A DNA stretch of 64,000 bases from Eledone cirrhosa (taxonomy: Eukaryota), in NCBI GenBank assembly GCA_964016885.1, contig OZ024755.1, positions 24,614,001 to 24,678,000 of the forward strand, in the 5' to 3' direction. Positions 40,474 through 54,870 of this stretch are shown in pieces. A program made the translations under genes and the position numbers. Under the pieces are notes generated by a model. It did no database searches, was not told the DNA's origin, and saw nothing but the letters and a program-made list of their open reading frames with translations. Every line of letters begins with the position of its first letter. Position 1 is the first letter of the stretch.

Positions 40474-40626
40474 CAGCTGGTAAAAATTAGTTGAAACTTT
40501 GATTCAAAGGGCCACTCTTGTCATACACCGAGTTACGCTGAATCTCCCTAATATATATATATATTTGTATAATTATATGTATGTATATTTGTATATCTAT
40601 ATATTTATATATATACATATACACAT

Positions 40627-40965
40627 ATGGTGGATGGGTGCTACACGAGAATGCTGAGGATGGCTCCGAACATTAATCAGTATACACTGAGGATGAAAAA
40701 CTCAGAGCTGTATGGGAGCCTCCCAAAAGTCAGCTCAAAAGTGACACAGAGGAGACTGAGGTTAGCTGGACATGCTCACCGACATCCAGATTTGACATTG
40801 CACTCAGTGCTCCTGTGGAAGCCCTAACATGGGCACACTGGAAGCGGAAGACCAAGGTTAACGTATGTTGATGCCATAAGGACAGATACTGGTCTGTTGG
40901 GGACGCAGGACATGGTGCGATAATGAGGGACAGAGACCGCTGGAGAGAACTCGTCCATGAATCTC
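40627..40965 (+). pseudogene. RTE-like LINE ORF C-terminal fragment
   Basis: DGCYTRMLRMA...N.ELYG.LPKVS..V.QRRLRLAGH..RH....VLLW.P*HG...GRP.LTYVD. Confidence 0.75.
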
Positions 40966-41113
40966 GGGAATTTTACCCGCCCTAGAATATATGTGTGTGT
41001 GTTCTCATAATCAACAGCAAATGCATGAAGGACATCTCGATTGCATAGAGAACCGTGGAAATAATTATTATGATTAAACGATATATGTAACCTCAGCATC
41101 TTATTTTGTTATT

Positions 41114-41146
<33 letters not shown>

Positions 41147-41265
41147 ATTTACATATATATAATATATACATGTATATTTATATATATACATGTATATTTA
41201 TATATATAGACATGTATATCTCTATATGTATACTTATATATATTTATATATACACATGTATATAT

Positions 41266-41301
<36 letters not shown>

Positions 41302-41394
41302 GTATATATATATTTATATATGTATACATATACATTTATATATGTATATATATATGCATATATATATATACATACACACACACATGTATATACG

Positions 41395-41430
<36 letters not shown>

Positions 41431-41904
41431 TTCATATACACACATAAGAACTACATTGAATGTAAACAGATCCCGTGAAGAATGTAGGGCGGCCATCTCC
41501 CCTCCCTCCAACAACTTTATAAAGGACTTGAAATAGAAACTAGGTGAATGTTGAACCGAAGCATATGTTAAAAGTCTCACTCTCTCCCATATATGCATAC
41601 ACACATATATACATACATACATATTATATATATGTGTGAGTAAGCGATAGATCTGACAGAGCGTAGTTCAGGTGTATGTGGACGTATATAAAATATGTTT
41701 ATATATAATAGACTTGAGTATTTTAAGCTGAGATCATATATATATGTGTGTGTGTGTTCACTTGTTGATTTGTTGTGAAAACAAAAAGAAGTGTTCTTAC
41801 GCTATCTATTACTATAAATGTAAAAGATATTGTGTAGCTCTCTCTCCTTTAACATCATTACTATAAATGTAAAAGATAGGTTGTATCTCCCTCTTCCTTG
41901 ACAT

Positions 41905-42465
41905 CATCACTTCTTTTTCTTCGCCGACTTGTTTCTGCGAGGGTCGTGAGGGCATAATCCTTAGGCACGCCTTCCAGCCGACTGATCCCAAACTCGCCAG
42001 TCGTGATACCACTCCCAACCTGGCTACGCATTTCAATCCTGTTCATGAAAATAATGAACAGAAGTGACAGTAGGTACCCTTAGCAGAGTCTGACACCCAG
42101 ATTGAATGGTTTCCATTTAGCACCATTTATCCGAACACAAATAGCCGGGCATTCGTATAGACATCAAGGCAACAAGAAGCTGTCCATCGATCCCATACTC
42201 GTGCAGAACCTTCCACAGCAGGTGCCGTGGAATGCAGTCATATGCATTTTCGAAGTCTACAAAGCAAGAATACACCTCTTTGCAGTAATCCCAGAATATC
42301 TTAAACACCTGCCGCCGTGTGAATATTTGGTCGACTGTGCCGCGTGCGGGACGAAAACCGCACTGTTCGTTAACTAACCTGGACTTGACAATCTCCCTAA
42401 ACCTCTTTGCCAGACACTTGGCATAGGCTTTATAGAGGAGGCCTAACAAGGAGATCCCTCTAATT
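41905..42465 (-). pseudogene. RTE LINE reverse transcriptase fragment joined to its 3' end
   Basis: EQCGFRPARGTVDQIF....VYSCFVDFENAYDCIPRHLLWKVL.EYGI (RT domains), an internal deletion, then the RTE tail. Confidence 0.85.
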
Positions 42466-44088
42466 GGAGCAATCTCTCTTATCTCCCTTTTTGAAAATTG
42501 GGATTATCACTCCCTGGAAGAATGTGGAAGAGGGTTTTCATAATAGAGAGTCCATTGCTAGAATCGGGGTCGCCATTCCTTCCAATCACTCCTTGCCACG
42601 TCAGGTGGTCAGTGCCAAATGTGGATTGAATTCTCGGTGATGAAAAAAGAAAATAATTGCTCGTTAGATCGGACCAAGGAAACAATGTTTCCATTGGCAG
42701 AAGGAGGCAAGATTTGAACTCAGAGCACTATGAGTTCATAATGCACTATGTAATTGCTGGCCTTGTGCCTAAAGTAGAAACAATTATATTCAATTAAAAT
42801 TGATCACAGTCCTTACAGTGTTGGATTTCACAACGTTCTCTTTCATCTTTTTTTGTTTTGGGTGGATTGAAGGGGGTGCATAGATAGCAATCCAGGGCGC
42901 TGGATTAGCAAAAATATATATTTCTAAAGCTGGATGGGATGATTTGCAGTATTTGATCCGTTTCTATGAGTTCTGAGCTCAAATCTCGTCACCTGCCAGG
43001 AGTTGTATCATCAATGGAAAAACTAATGGAAACACAAGTATGTTTTTTTTCTTTTTTTTTTTCATGCAGAAAAACAAATTGTGCTGCTAGTGCGTGTGTG
43101 GTGTATTTTTTGATTCAGTTTCACACATTATCAGGATTAGTTAACCTTTGTGAGCTGTTCACCCTGCTGCTTATATCTTATCTGGGTTTAGCACTTTGGG
43201 TTGTGTTGTTTGTTGTGTTTAATTTAAACATATACTAACTGTTAGTTTACGAGGTTTGTAGGATGGATTTCAAAGTTTGATATGATTTATAAGGGATTCT
43301 ATACACATACCTACACACTTTCATTAACACACACACACACTATCTATTTCTCTAAAACACACACAGAGGCAGGCGAGTCATTTGGACGTTGGATAGAATG
43401 CCATGCAGTATTAGTTCCTGCTCTCTGAGTTCAATCCCCACCGTGGTCAACTTTGATAACTATTCTTTCGAGGTCGATAAATAAAGTACTAGTCGATGAC
43501 TGCGATCGATTCTTCCTTTTACCCCACCCTCACCCCGCCTTCTCTGTTTCATTCTCTGAAAGAAATCACCTGTGTTCAGACCTTGAGAAAGATGAGTTCT
43601 ACCTTATTTAAATGCCCATAACACGCTATATGTCACGGTGGCACTCACACGGCCCCATCAAGAGGTATGCCTCAAGGCAATCCTCAGGCGAGGATAATTT
43701 ATACTAAGAGCACCAGTATAGTGATTTCAAGTTACCTCCGAAGCTAGCTTAAAATCTATTTCATCTTACCTCTATGCTTTCAGATTACTCCATGACACTA
43801 TTATCCAGAATTATTATTATCCAGAAATGTTATTAAAAGGATTATTATGAAAGTGATTTCAGATTACCAGGGAGCAGCCTCAAGTCTTTACACATTTACG
43901 TTAGAATTACACACACGCACATACAAATATAACACAGACATATTATTTATAAAACATATACTCTTGGGTCTCCAATAATCGACCCCCAACACGCTTATTA
44001 AATTTTGCTATTCTATCTCCGGCGAAATTTTTCTTTATACATTAAAAAAAACTTACACGACACAAAATGAATACATTACAAGAAATCC

Positions 44089-44625
44089 CAGGACCAGATT
44101 TAATGGGGAGCAAAGGGGGCAATCGCCTGGGTCCCCTACAGTGGGAGGCCCCACCAGCGAAGGCCGTAGCAATGTATTTGTGCCCTCAGCTGGGATTTTT
44201 AGTTTTAGAATGGTTAGAATTTTTTAATTTAATACCTGTATGTATAAATTTAGTGAAGGCGTGTGGCTGAATGGCTAGAGAATTGGATTCACAATCTTGA
44301 GGTTGTGAGTTCGATTCCTGGACCGGGCGATGCGTTATGTCCTTGAGCAAGACACTTTATTTCACGTTGCTCCTTCTACCTGGAGTTGCGACCGATAGAT
44401 AGTATTAGCAATTGGAAAGACTGACGAAAACATTGTTTCCTCTGTTCGATTTGACGAAAGTCGATCGATATATACATGTACACTTTTCAATTCCAATTAC
44501 TTGTGCCAAGTTAACTTTGATATGCAAAATTCGGGGGGTTTGCGGTGTATTCTAATTTTTTTATGTATGAGGGGCTCCCCAAACTTGAAGTGCCCCGGGT
44601 CCCCCAAGGTCAAAATCCAACCCTA
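44089..44625. mobile_element. Non-autonomous DNA transposon with a nested family 2 SINE (44256-44375)
   Basis: Imperfect TIRs CAGGACCAGATTT / AAATCCAACCCTA with GC-rich ggcccc subterminal motifs; no clear TSD. Confidence 0.5.
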
Positions 44626-45043
44626 CAAACGTTATGAAATAAATAGGATGGGTTGGGGGTCTGTTCTCAATATGTAAACTAAACCACTAATTCTGGTTTT
44701 TAAAAAACTCAATGGAATCAACCCAGAAAAATTACCGATTACCATTATTTTGGGCCCGAGAGTACACACACATATATACATGGGTTTGTGGTTATGATTA
44801 TCATTTATTGTTTGTTTTGTGCGTAATTACTATCTCTTGATTCTATTGAAAAAAGTACACACACACATATATATGCGGGTGTGTGTGTGGTGGTGGTAAG
44901 GGAGTAGGTATATATGAGCAGCGATTGTTAAAATAAATGACATATGTTTAATCAGTGTCTAAACAGTGCGGAAAATGTAGAACATACAGAAATAGTATAG
45001 CAGTGTATTTATAATGGTACAGTATATATATATGTATTTATAA

Positions 45044-45228
45044 TTGTTTCTACTTTAGGCACAAGGCCAGCAATCACCCAGTGCATTACTGGTACTTTAT
45101 TTTATCGACCCCGTAAGGATGAAAGGCAAAGTCAACCTCGGCGGGATTTGAACTCAGATCATAAAGGGACGTAACTATGCTGGAAAGCATGGCGTCCGAC
45201 CCTCTACCGATACTCCCAATCCACCGCC
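45044..45228 (-). mobile_element. SINE family 1 with TSD
   Basis: tatatatgtatttataat on both sides. Confidence 0.9.
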
Positions 45229-45319
45229 TATATATGTATTTATAATGGTACAGTATATATATACATATAACCAGGATTGAGCAATAAATCTCCTATGTAA
45301 CACCTCCATTTTGTTCTTA

Positions 45320-45386
<67 letters not shown>

Positions 45387-45539
45387 ATACACTGTAGTAA
45401 AGATTTAATTGAAATATCCAAGGGTAAGAGCACTCAGTCCATAGAACGAGTTTATTTCTTATGACAGGTTGAATAAGTTGGGGTCCAGAACCCAACGAAA
45501 CCTAAGTACCTGTTTATGACACTGTTGTAAATATATGTC

Positions 45540-45578
<39 letters not shown>

Positions 45579-45605
45579 GTGTGTATGTGTGTGTGTGTGT
45601 GTGTG

Positions 45606-45789
45606 TGAGGGTCGGTTAAAAAAGTTCTTAGGCTGACCAGTATACTGTCATGGAATGACTAAATGAGGTTTATTTTTCGTCGAAAGGAACAATTCAGTTA
45701 TTAAAGAGTTGAAATTAATGCATACAAGATTTCATAGCCCTAACATCAATCCTTCATAGCCAGCCTATGAACTTTTTAGTCGACCCTTG
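45606..45789. mobile_element. Mariner-like MITE
   Basis: TIRs gagggtcggttaaaaaagttcttaggctg / cagcctatgaactttttagtcgaccctt. Confidence 0.7.
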
Positions 45790-45790
45790 T

Positions 45791-45799
<9 letters not shown>

Positions 45800-45854
<55 letters not shown>

Positions 45855-46230
45855 TTATATTATATATATATATATATAATATAATATAAATTTATATTAT
45901 ATATATATATATATATATAATATAATATACATTTATATTATATATATATATAATATAATATACATTTATATTATATATATATATATATATATATAATATA
46001 ATATAATATAAATTTATATTATATATATATATATATATATAATATAATATACATTTATATTATATATATATATAATATAATATACATTTATATTATATAT
46101 ATATATATATATATATAATATAATATAAATTTATATTATATATATATATATATAATATAATATACATTTATATTATATATATATATATAATATACATTTA
46201 TATTATATATATATATATATAATATACATT

Positions 46231-46284
<54 letters not shown>

Positions 46285-46293
46285 ATATACATT

Positions 46294-46329
<36 letters not shown>

Positions 46330-46717
46330 ATGTACATTTATATTATACATATATATATAATATAATGTACATTTATATTATATATAATATAATATACATT
46401 TACATTATATATATATATATATATAATATAATATACATTTATATTATATTATATATAGAGGGCGGTGAATTGGCAGTATCGATAGAGGGTTGGACGCCAT
46501 GCTTTCTAGCATAGTTACATCCCTTTACGGTCTGAGTTCAAATCCCGTCAAGGTTAACTTTGCCTTTCATCCTTATGGGGTCGATAAAATAAAGTACCAG
46601 TAATGTACTGGATGATTGCTGGCCTTGTGCCAAAAGTAGAAACAATTATATATATATATATATAATATAATATACATTTATATTATATTATATATATAAT
46701 ATAATATACATTTATAT

Positions 46718-46753
<36 letters not shown>

Positions 46754-47051
46754 ATTTATATTATATATATATATATATATATAATATAATATACATTTAT
46801 ATTATATATATATATATATATAATATACATTTATATTATATATATAATATACATTTATATTATATATATAATATAATATACATTTATATTATATATATAT
46901 ATATATAATATACATTTATATTATATATATATATAATATACATTTATATTATATATATATATATATATAATATAATATACATTTATATTATATATATATA
47001 TATATAATATAATATACATTTATATTATATATATATAATATAATATACATT

Positions 47052-47089
<38 letters not shown>

Positions 47090-47345
47090 ATATAATATAC
47101 ATTTATATTATATATATATATAATATACAATATTATATATTATATATATATAATATAATATATATTATATATATATAATATATAATAATATATTATATAA
47201 TATATATAATATAATATACATTTATATTATATATATAGATATATATATATATAATATAATATACATTTATATATATAATATACATTTATATATATATATA
47301 ATATACATTTAAATATATATATATATATAATATACATTTATATAT
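45800..47345. repeat. Compound AT minisatellite with a family 1 SINE inserted at 46459-46648
   Basis: Units (TA)n-taatataatatacatttatat. Confidence 0.9.
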
Positions 47346-47836
47346 ATATATATGTGTGTGAGTGTGTGTATACATATGTGTGTGAGTGTGTGTATATATA
47401 TGTGTGTGTGTGTGTATAAAATATATATATATATATTAGACCTATATGTGTGTTCTAGATGGGTGGTAGTTAGGTGGGCCTTTACCGAAAGATATACAAG
47501 TTAAGAAAGCAAAAAACATATTGGTTTGAGGCACAGTCGTCGGTGGGAGGGAAAATGTGTGTGTGTGTAAGTATGTATGCGAGTTCGTCTGAGTGTGATT
47601 GTGCGCATGTGTGAAAGAGTGTGAAAATGTGTGTGTATATATATATGTGTGTGTGTGTGTGGTGGCGTATGAAGATGGGTTGAGCGTGGGACGGAGAAAC
47701 GGACCTGTTTTTAATGGATGAACGACCCTGAAGTGGTGTAGGGGGGAAGTTCGCTGCGTACAGGATGTTCTGTGTACTGTTGGGAACACACATACACACA
47801 TGTATATATATTACATATATATCTACAAATATATAT

Positions 47837-47871
<35 letters not shown>

Positions 47872-47881
47872 TATATATATT

Positions 47882-47915
<34 letters not shown>

Positions 47916-48037
47916 CACACATACATATGTAGATATATATTTGTGTGTGTATATATATATACATACACACATATATGTAGATATATATTTGTGTATGTAT
48001 ATATATATATACACACACATATCTGTAGATATATATT

Positions 48038-48088
<51 letters not shown>

Positions 48089-48098
48089 GCACACATAT

Positions 48099-48141
<43 letters not shown>

Positions 48142-48165
48142 AATATATGTAGATATATATTTGTG

Positions 48166-48212
<47 letters not shown>

Positions 48213-48524
48213 TTTTTTTTATGTATATTTGTATATATATGTATATACAAAATTATAATATGTGTGTGTGCTTTCGTCCTTTCTTTAATGTGTTTACATA
48301 TATATTTATGTACACAAACACGCACACGCACACAAACCCACATGTGCACCCAAACACGTACAATGCCTGCGATCCCTACTCCCCCACTGATTGGGAGTTT
48401 GTAAAGCCATGTTGTTATGTGTAGGAATGATGAGATAGAGATGGGGCAACACGTCAGATTTGGTGGGCAAGATGGAGGCTTGCTTCCTGCTCGGCCAACA
48501 CTTCTACATAAATGTCTCTATTAT

Positions 48525-49464
48525 AGTCTGTTTGTGTGTGAGTGTGTATGTATGTGTCTGTTTGTGTGTGAGTGCGTGTGTGTATGTGTCTGTCTGTGAG
48601 TGTGTGTGTGTATGTGTCTGTGAGTGTGTATGTGTATGTGTCTGTCTATGAGTGCGTGTGTGTATGTGTCTGTCTGTGAGTGTGTATGTATGTGTCTGTC
48701 TGTGAGTGTGTGTGTGTATGTGTCTGTCTGTGAGTGTGTATGTGTATGTGTCTGTCTATGAGTGCGTGTGTGTATGTGTCTGTCTGTGAGTGTGTATGTG
48801 TATGTGTCTGTCTATGAGTGCGTGTGTGTATGTGTCTGTGTGTATGTGGGAGTGTATGTAGCAGTGTATGTATACGTGTATGTGTGTGTGTGCATGTGTG
48901 TAGCAGTCTATGTAAGTGTGTGATAGTGTGTGTGTATGTCTGTCTGTGAGTGCGTGTGTGTATGTGTCTGTCTGTGAGTGTGTGTGTGTGTGTGGGAGTG
49001 TATGTATACGTGTGTGTGTGTGTGTGCATGTGTGTAGCAGTCTATGTAAGTGTGTGATAGTGTGTATGTATGTGTCTGTCTGTGAGTATGTATGTGTCTG
49101 TCTGTGAGTGCGTGTGTGTATGTGTCTGTCTGTGAGTATGTGTGTGTGTATGTGGGAGTGTATGTAGCAGTGTATGTATACGTGTGTGTGTGTGTGTGTG
49201 TGTGCATGTGTGTAGCAGTCTATGTAAGTGTGTGATAGTGTGTATGTATGTGTCTGTTTGTGTGTGAGTGTGTGTATGTGTCTGTCTGAGTGCGTGTGTG
49301 TATGTGGGAGTGTATGTAGCAGTGTATGTATACGTGTGTGTGTGTGCATGTGTGTAGCAGTCTATGTAAGTGTGTGATAGTGTGTGTGTATGTGTCTGTC
49401 TGTGAGTGCGTGTGTGTATGTGTCTGTCTGTGAGTGTGTGTGTGTGTATGTGGCAGTGTATGTA

Positions 49465-49505
<41 letters not shown>

Positions 49506-50525
49506 ATGTGTGTAGCAGTCTATGTAAGTGTGTGATAGTGTGTATGTATGTGTCTGTCTGTGTGTAGGGGGGGTGGGTGTATGTAGCAGTGTATGTATAC
49601 GTGTGTGTCTGTGCATGTGTGTAGCAGTATATGTGTGTGATAGTGTGTATGTATGTGTCTGTCTGTGAGTATGTGTGTGGGGGTGAATGTAGCAGTGTAT
49701 GTATACGTGTGTATGTGTGTGTGTGTGTGTGTGTAGCAGTCTATGTAAGTGTGTGATAGTTTGTATGTATGTGTCTGTCTGTGAGTGTGTGTATGTGGGA
49801 GTGTATGTATACGTGTGTGTATGTGTGTGTGTGTAGCAGTTTATGTAATTGTGTGATAGTGTGTACGTATGTATGTCTCTTTCTGTGAGTGTGTGTCTGT
49901 GTGCGTGTGAGTGTCTGTGGGAGTGTATGTATGCGTGTGTCTGTGAATGTATCTGAGTGTGTGTGTGGTAGTGTATGTATGTGTGTGATAGTGTGTGTAT
50001 GTGTGTAGTAGTGTGTGTCAAACTCTGTGCGTATGTGTGTGTCTCTCTGTACGTGTAATACTTAGTGTCTTCATGTGTCTATGAAATTTATTTTAGATGC
50101 GTTATGTTATATAGTGTAGAGTAGTGTTGTGTAGAGTCGGGTTGTGTAGTGTAGTGTTGTGTAGAGTTGTGTTGTGTAGAGTCGTGTTGTGTAGAGTTGT
50201 GTTGTGTTGTGTAATGTAGTGTTGTGGAGAGTCGTGTTGTGTAGAGTCGTGTTGTGTTGCGTAATGTAGTGTTGTGTAGAGTCGTGTTGTGTTGTGTAGA
50301 GTCGTGTTGTGTTGTGTAATGTAGTGTTGTGGAGAGTCGTGTTGTGTTGCGTTGTGTAGAGTCGTGTTGTGTTGTGTAATGTAGTGTTGTGTAGAGTCGT
50401 GTTGTGTTGTGTAGAGTCGTGTTGTGTAATGTAGTGTAGTGTTCTTTTCTGTTGTGTTGTGTTGTGTAGTGTTGTGTTGTATTGTGTAATGTTCTGTTGT
50501 GTTGTGTTGTGTAATGTTCTGTTGT
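48525..50525. repeat. GT-rich compound tandem repeats
   Basis: Higher-order GT units, then (gtgtt)n/gtagagtc units. Confidence 0.9.
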
Positions 50526-50559
50526 GTCCTCTATTTAAGGCTTTCAACATTTCGCGCTG

Positions 50560-51278
50560 GATTTCATCTTTCCCGGCGGCTTTGCCACATTCGAGCTCTT
50601 TAACTGCTCATGCAACCTCAGCCTCTGAGAGTTTAGTCACCTTTACCAGATGCACCTCGTGTACATCCTAAGATGCTGTTGTGATCGGGTTTAGGAGATG
50701 AGCAAAGTATTTTCTCCACCTCGCGAGGATGCCCCTCTCTGAAAAGAGGAGAACCCCAGACGCATCCCAGATAGCATGTGTGGAAGAGAGTTTTTTTTAT
50801 TACGAAGTCGGCGGATGGTCTGCCAGAACACTTTATTTGCTGATCTGAAGTCGGATTTCAGCTTAACACCAAAGTCCTCCCATGTCTTAACTTTGGACGC
50901 TTTCACTGTCTCTGCTGCGACTTTTCGTGCCTGCTTGTACCACAAGTGTAAGAAAGAGGACTTATTTCCAAGCCAATGTTTCAGTAATCAAAAGAAGGGA
51001 AGTTGGCGTAAAAGCCAAACTTGTTATCTTCAATTCGGTTTTCGTGCCAACCCTTGCCTATGGTCATGAATACGATCGCAAATACAAGCGGCCGAAATGG
51101 GGTTCCTCCGAAGGGTCTTTTGAGTAACGTTACTCGGAGATCAGGGAGTCACTCCAGGTAGAGCCAGATCAGTTGGAGACAGTGGCTTCTGACAGGACCC
51201 ACTGGCAGAACCTCTCAGGAATAAGTGGGAGGAGGAGGAGAAGAAGAAGAAGAAGAAGAAGAAGAAGAAGAAGAAGAA
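50560..51278. pseudogene. RTE LINE copy with an inverted 5' part
   Basis: Minus strand: YKQARKVAAETVKASKVKTWEDFGVKLKSDFRSANKVFWQTIRRLR (EN-RT linker). Plus strand: KAKLVIFNSVFVPTLAYGHE, then the RTE tail and (GAA)n. Confidence 0.75.
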
Positions 51279-52151
51279 GCCTTTTCGTATTCCATGTTTC
51301 CAATGCCCATAGTAGTTTTTAAATAATTTTCTGAATAATTAAGGAACTGGAGATATTTAGTAAAGTAACGAATTTTCGCTATTGCAACATAAATTAACAA
51401 AGTTTCATACATAAAATTATGATGAAAGTTTTGTTTCTTTTCACATAAATATAAACCCTTTATACAGTTTTGTATCATAAAACGAGACCTGGTTTCAGGC
51501 GGTTTAGTATCAAAAGGTTTAATCTTTTCTTCTTCTAAGTACTTTTTCTTCTCCCACACCCCCATTCTTTTTATTCTTCTTCACCATCTTCCTCCTCCTT
51601 CATTCTCTTGCTATACTTCACTAAGTCCTCTCTACATATCTCTAGAGTCGCTCGCTTGGGCCGCCAACACCAATATTTCATGGCAGACATTTTGTCGCGT
51701 AAAATAATGTCCTATAATTATTTTAGATTCTGAGGGACGGCGGCAAGAGGAGGTAGAGAGTCGGGGTTAACCAATGGGCATATATTCCTTCAATTATTTA
51801 TTTATATCTTCATTCATATAACGCTTCTATTTGTATATTCACTTTTTTTTATACTCTCTTTTTTGAATTTTTCCCGCTTTATTTACTTATATTTTTGTTT
51901 GGTTTTTAATGATGCGGGTGGTAGATGTGAATGTTTTAAAGTAAACAAAAGCAGCAAAAGCCCAATTATTATCATTATTATTATTATTGTAGTATACCGT
52001 CTCATATCCAGCAACGATTTAAAAGATTTAGGACGAAGCAGACGTCTAGGTTAGACGAGATGGGCCAAGCAAAGAAAACGAGAACGTGAGAGAAAATAAT
52101 ATATATATATGTATATATACATGTGTGTGTATATATACACACAAGCGTATG

Positions 52152-52191
<40 letters not shown>

Positions 52192-52195
<4 letters not shown>

Positions 52196-52430
52196 AGTGG
52201 TTACACAACAGTTAGTTCACCATGCCGAGAACAATTGTTTCTCTTAGCGGATCCTCAGCTCATAATGGACATGGTTATACGGAACATGAAGGGTTGTCCT
52301 TCAAGTTCCGTATAACCATGTCCATTATGAGCTGAGGATCCACTAAGGTGAAACAATTGTTCTCGGTATGGTGAACTAACTGTTGTGTAACCACTTCTAC
52401 CTAACTTGTCCCATTGACTGAGTGCTCTAC

Positions 52431-52433
<3 letters not shown>
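52192..52433. mobile_element. Fold-back element family I: 208-bp palindrome plus 34-nt tail, in (TA)n
   Basis: Arms span 52192-52399, centred at ~52295; tail 52400-52433. Confidence 0.88.
52322..52371 (+). ncRNA. Minimal type I hammerhead ribozyme
   Basis: CCATTATGAG-CTGAGGA-tccactaaggt-GAAA-CAATTG-TT-CTCGGTATGG; palindromic stem III. The mirror copy at 52220-52268 (-) has a broken stem II. Confidence 0.7.
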
Positions 52434-52482
<49 letters not shown>

Positions 52483-52599
52483 ATGTATGTGTGTGTGTGT
52501 GTAGAAAATATCTGTAGGTTGAAAAAGGAAAACACTGCTCAATCAGAGAAGGGAGCTAATATAGTATATTATTTATTTATGTTCATACACGGAACAAAA

Positions 52600-53060
52600 A
52601 CGCCATCTAAGGTTTCAAGGCCCAATATTGACCAAATCTCCAGAATGTAAGAAGGATAAAAAATTGTGACCTAATATTCAGGAGCTATGACGAGTTTGAA
52701 GATACCGTTAAAAGTACAGCGCGTTCAAAGAATATTTTACGAAAACGTATCTGTATCAGTATCAGTGAGCTGCTCAACATTACCAAACTTAGACCAATTA
52801 CATCAATTGCCAAGTCAAGAGTACCCAAACTATACGGCCATATAAAAAGATCAACTCATGGTGTGAGTAGGTTATGCTTGGAAGGAAGGTTGGCTGGTAA
52901 GAGAAGCAGAGGCCGGCAGCTAAAACGATGGCTTGACAATGTCAATTCATGGACTGGACTTATTCTTTGCTCTTTGATGCTGGTGATCTAACTTTGTGGA
53001 GTGAGATATTACATGTTGAGGCGCAGTCTGCAACTGGCGGACTTTAGCGTCACAAGAAGA
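52600..53060 (+). pseudogene. RTE-like LINE C-terminal fragment
   Basis: YGHIKRSTHGVSRLCLEGRLAGKRSRGRQLKRWLDNVNSWTGL. Confidence 0.7.
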
Positions 53061-53191
53061 TAACAACGAGGGGAATAAATAATTCAAAGATGTAAATATA
53101 GCAAAGCAGTTGTACACGTGATAGTATTCGTGCACTCTAGCAGATGTATGGTATTATGTGGTAGGATGTAATATAGGGATGGTAATATTTA

Positions 53192-53375
53192 ATAATTGTT
53201 TCTACTGTTGGCACAAGGCTAGCAAATATCTAGTATATTACTGGTACATTATTTTATCGACCCCGTAAGGATGAAAGGCAAAGTTAACCTCGGCGGGATT
53301 TGAACTCAGAACGTAAAGGCCCATAACTCAATGCTGCAAAGCAAGGTGCCTGACGTTCTCCTGATATTGCCAACC
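53192..53375 (-). mobile_element. SINE family 1
   Basis: Same consensus. Confidence 0.8.
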
Positions 53376-53800
53376 TATATATTAATAATATGTGCAGTAG
53401 AGTAGTATAGAAGATGTACTGCAGTGGTTCCTAATCTTTTGTGTACGATGCCCCACCTCAACATCTAATAAATTGTGTGCCCCCCCCCCCATTTGATATG
53501 AAAACAGCAATGATCAACTGCAAAGTGTAAATAAATTGGTATATAGGTGGTGCCAGATACATGTGGTGGAGGTGAGAGAGGAGTTTCTCACATTAATGTG
53601 TACCATATAGGTGAATTCCTATTTATAGTTTGAATCCTTAGTATTGTTTTATATATAGCTATTAAAACCCTTCCAACATACACTTGTAAATGACATTGAA
53701 AAATTCAAATCGTCTAAGAACGTTTTTGTCTTTTCGGACAAACCAAACAGAAATGTATGAACTATATAAGGAAAAATATAACAACCATATCCTTAATATC

Positions 53801-54548
53801 ATAACAAATAAATACCAGAAGGCCAAATCTAGTACCTATAACAAATAAATACCAGAAGACCAAACCTAGTACCTATAACAAATAAATACCAGAAGGCCAA
53901 ACCTAGAACCTATAACAAATAAATACCAGAAGGCCAAACCTAGTACCTATAACAAATAAATACCAGAAGGCCAAACCTGGCACCTATAACAAATAAATAC
54001 CAGAAGGCCAAACCTGGCACCTATAACAAATAAATACCAGGAGGCCAAACCTGGCACCTATAACAAATAAATACCAGAAGGCCAAACCTAGTACCTATAA
54101 CAAATAAATACCAGAAGGCCACACCTAGCACCTATAACAAATAAATACCAGAAGGCCAAACCTGGCACCTATAACAAATAAATACCAGAAGGCCAAACCT
54201 GGCACCTATAACAAATAAATACCAGAAGGCCAAACCTGGCACCTATAACAAATAAATACCAGGAGGCCAAACCTGGCACCTATAACAAATAAATACCAGA
54301 AGGCCAAACCTGGCACCTATAACAAATAAATACCAGAAGGCCAAACCTGGCACCTATAACAAATAAATACCAGAAGGCCAAACCTGGCACCTATAACAAA
54401 TAAATACCAGAAGGCCAAACCTGGCACCTATAACAAATAAATACCAGAAGGCCAAACCTGGCACCTATAACAAATAAATACCAGAAGGCCAAACCTGGCA
54501 CCTATAACAAATAAATACCAGAAGGCCAAACCTAGCACCTATAACAAA
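53801..54548. repeat. 37-bp minisatellite, ~20 copies
   Basis: Unit ataacaaataaataccagaaggccaaacctggcacct. Confidence 0.95.
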
Positions 54549-54653
54549 ATTAATGATTAAGATATTGTTAGAAATTTTAAAATAGATAACAAAGTAGAAA
54601 GCTTCTCCCCGAGAAATACGTAAGTGTATAAGTGTCTATGGAATGCTTTAGTG

Positions 54654-54870
54654 CAGTCATGTCAAACATGCGGCCCGCGGGCTGCTTGTGGCCCTTTACA
54701 CCTGCGGCCCGTACAAAGGGTTTTTACAGCGCGGGCATGTTTTATCTTCGTAACATAAAATAAAATTGAAAATATGTTGTAATGTGCGCAATTAGTTGTC
54801 GTGTGTGGCCCTCAGACAACAGATATGTGACCCATGTGGCCCTCGCGGGACCTTCAGTTTGACATGCCTG
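54654..54870. mobile_element. hAT-type MITE
   Basis: TIRs CAGTCATGTCAAAC / GTTTGACATGCCTG; 8-bp TSD CTTTAGTG/CTTTAGTC. Confidence 0.82.

Noticed and set aside
39448-40494. 348-aa and 259-aa repeat proteins
   Set aside because: They are translations of a stop-poor 44-bp SINE-derived minisatellite.
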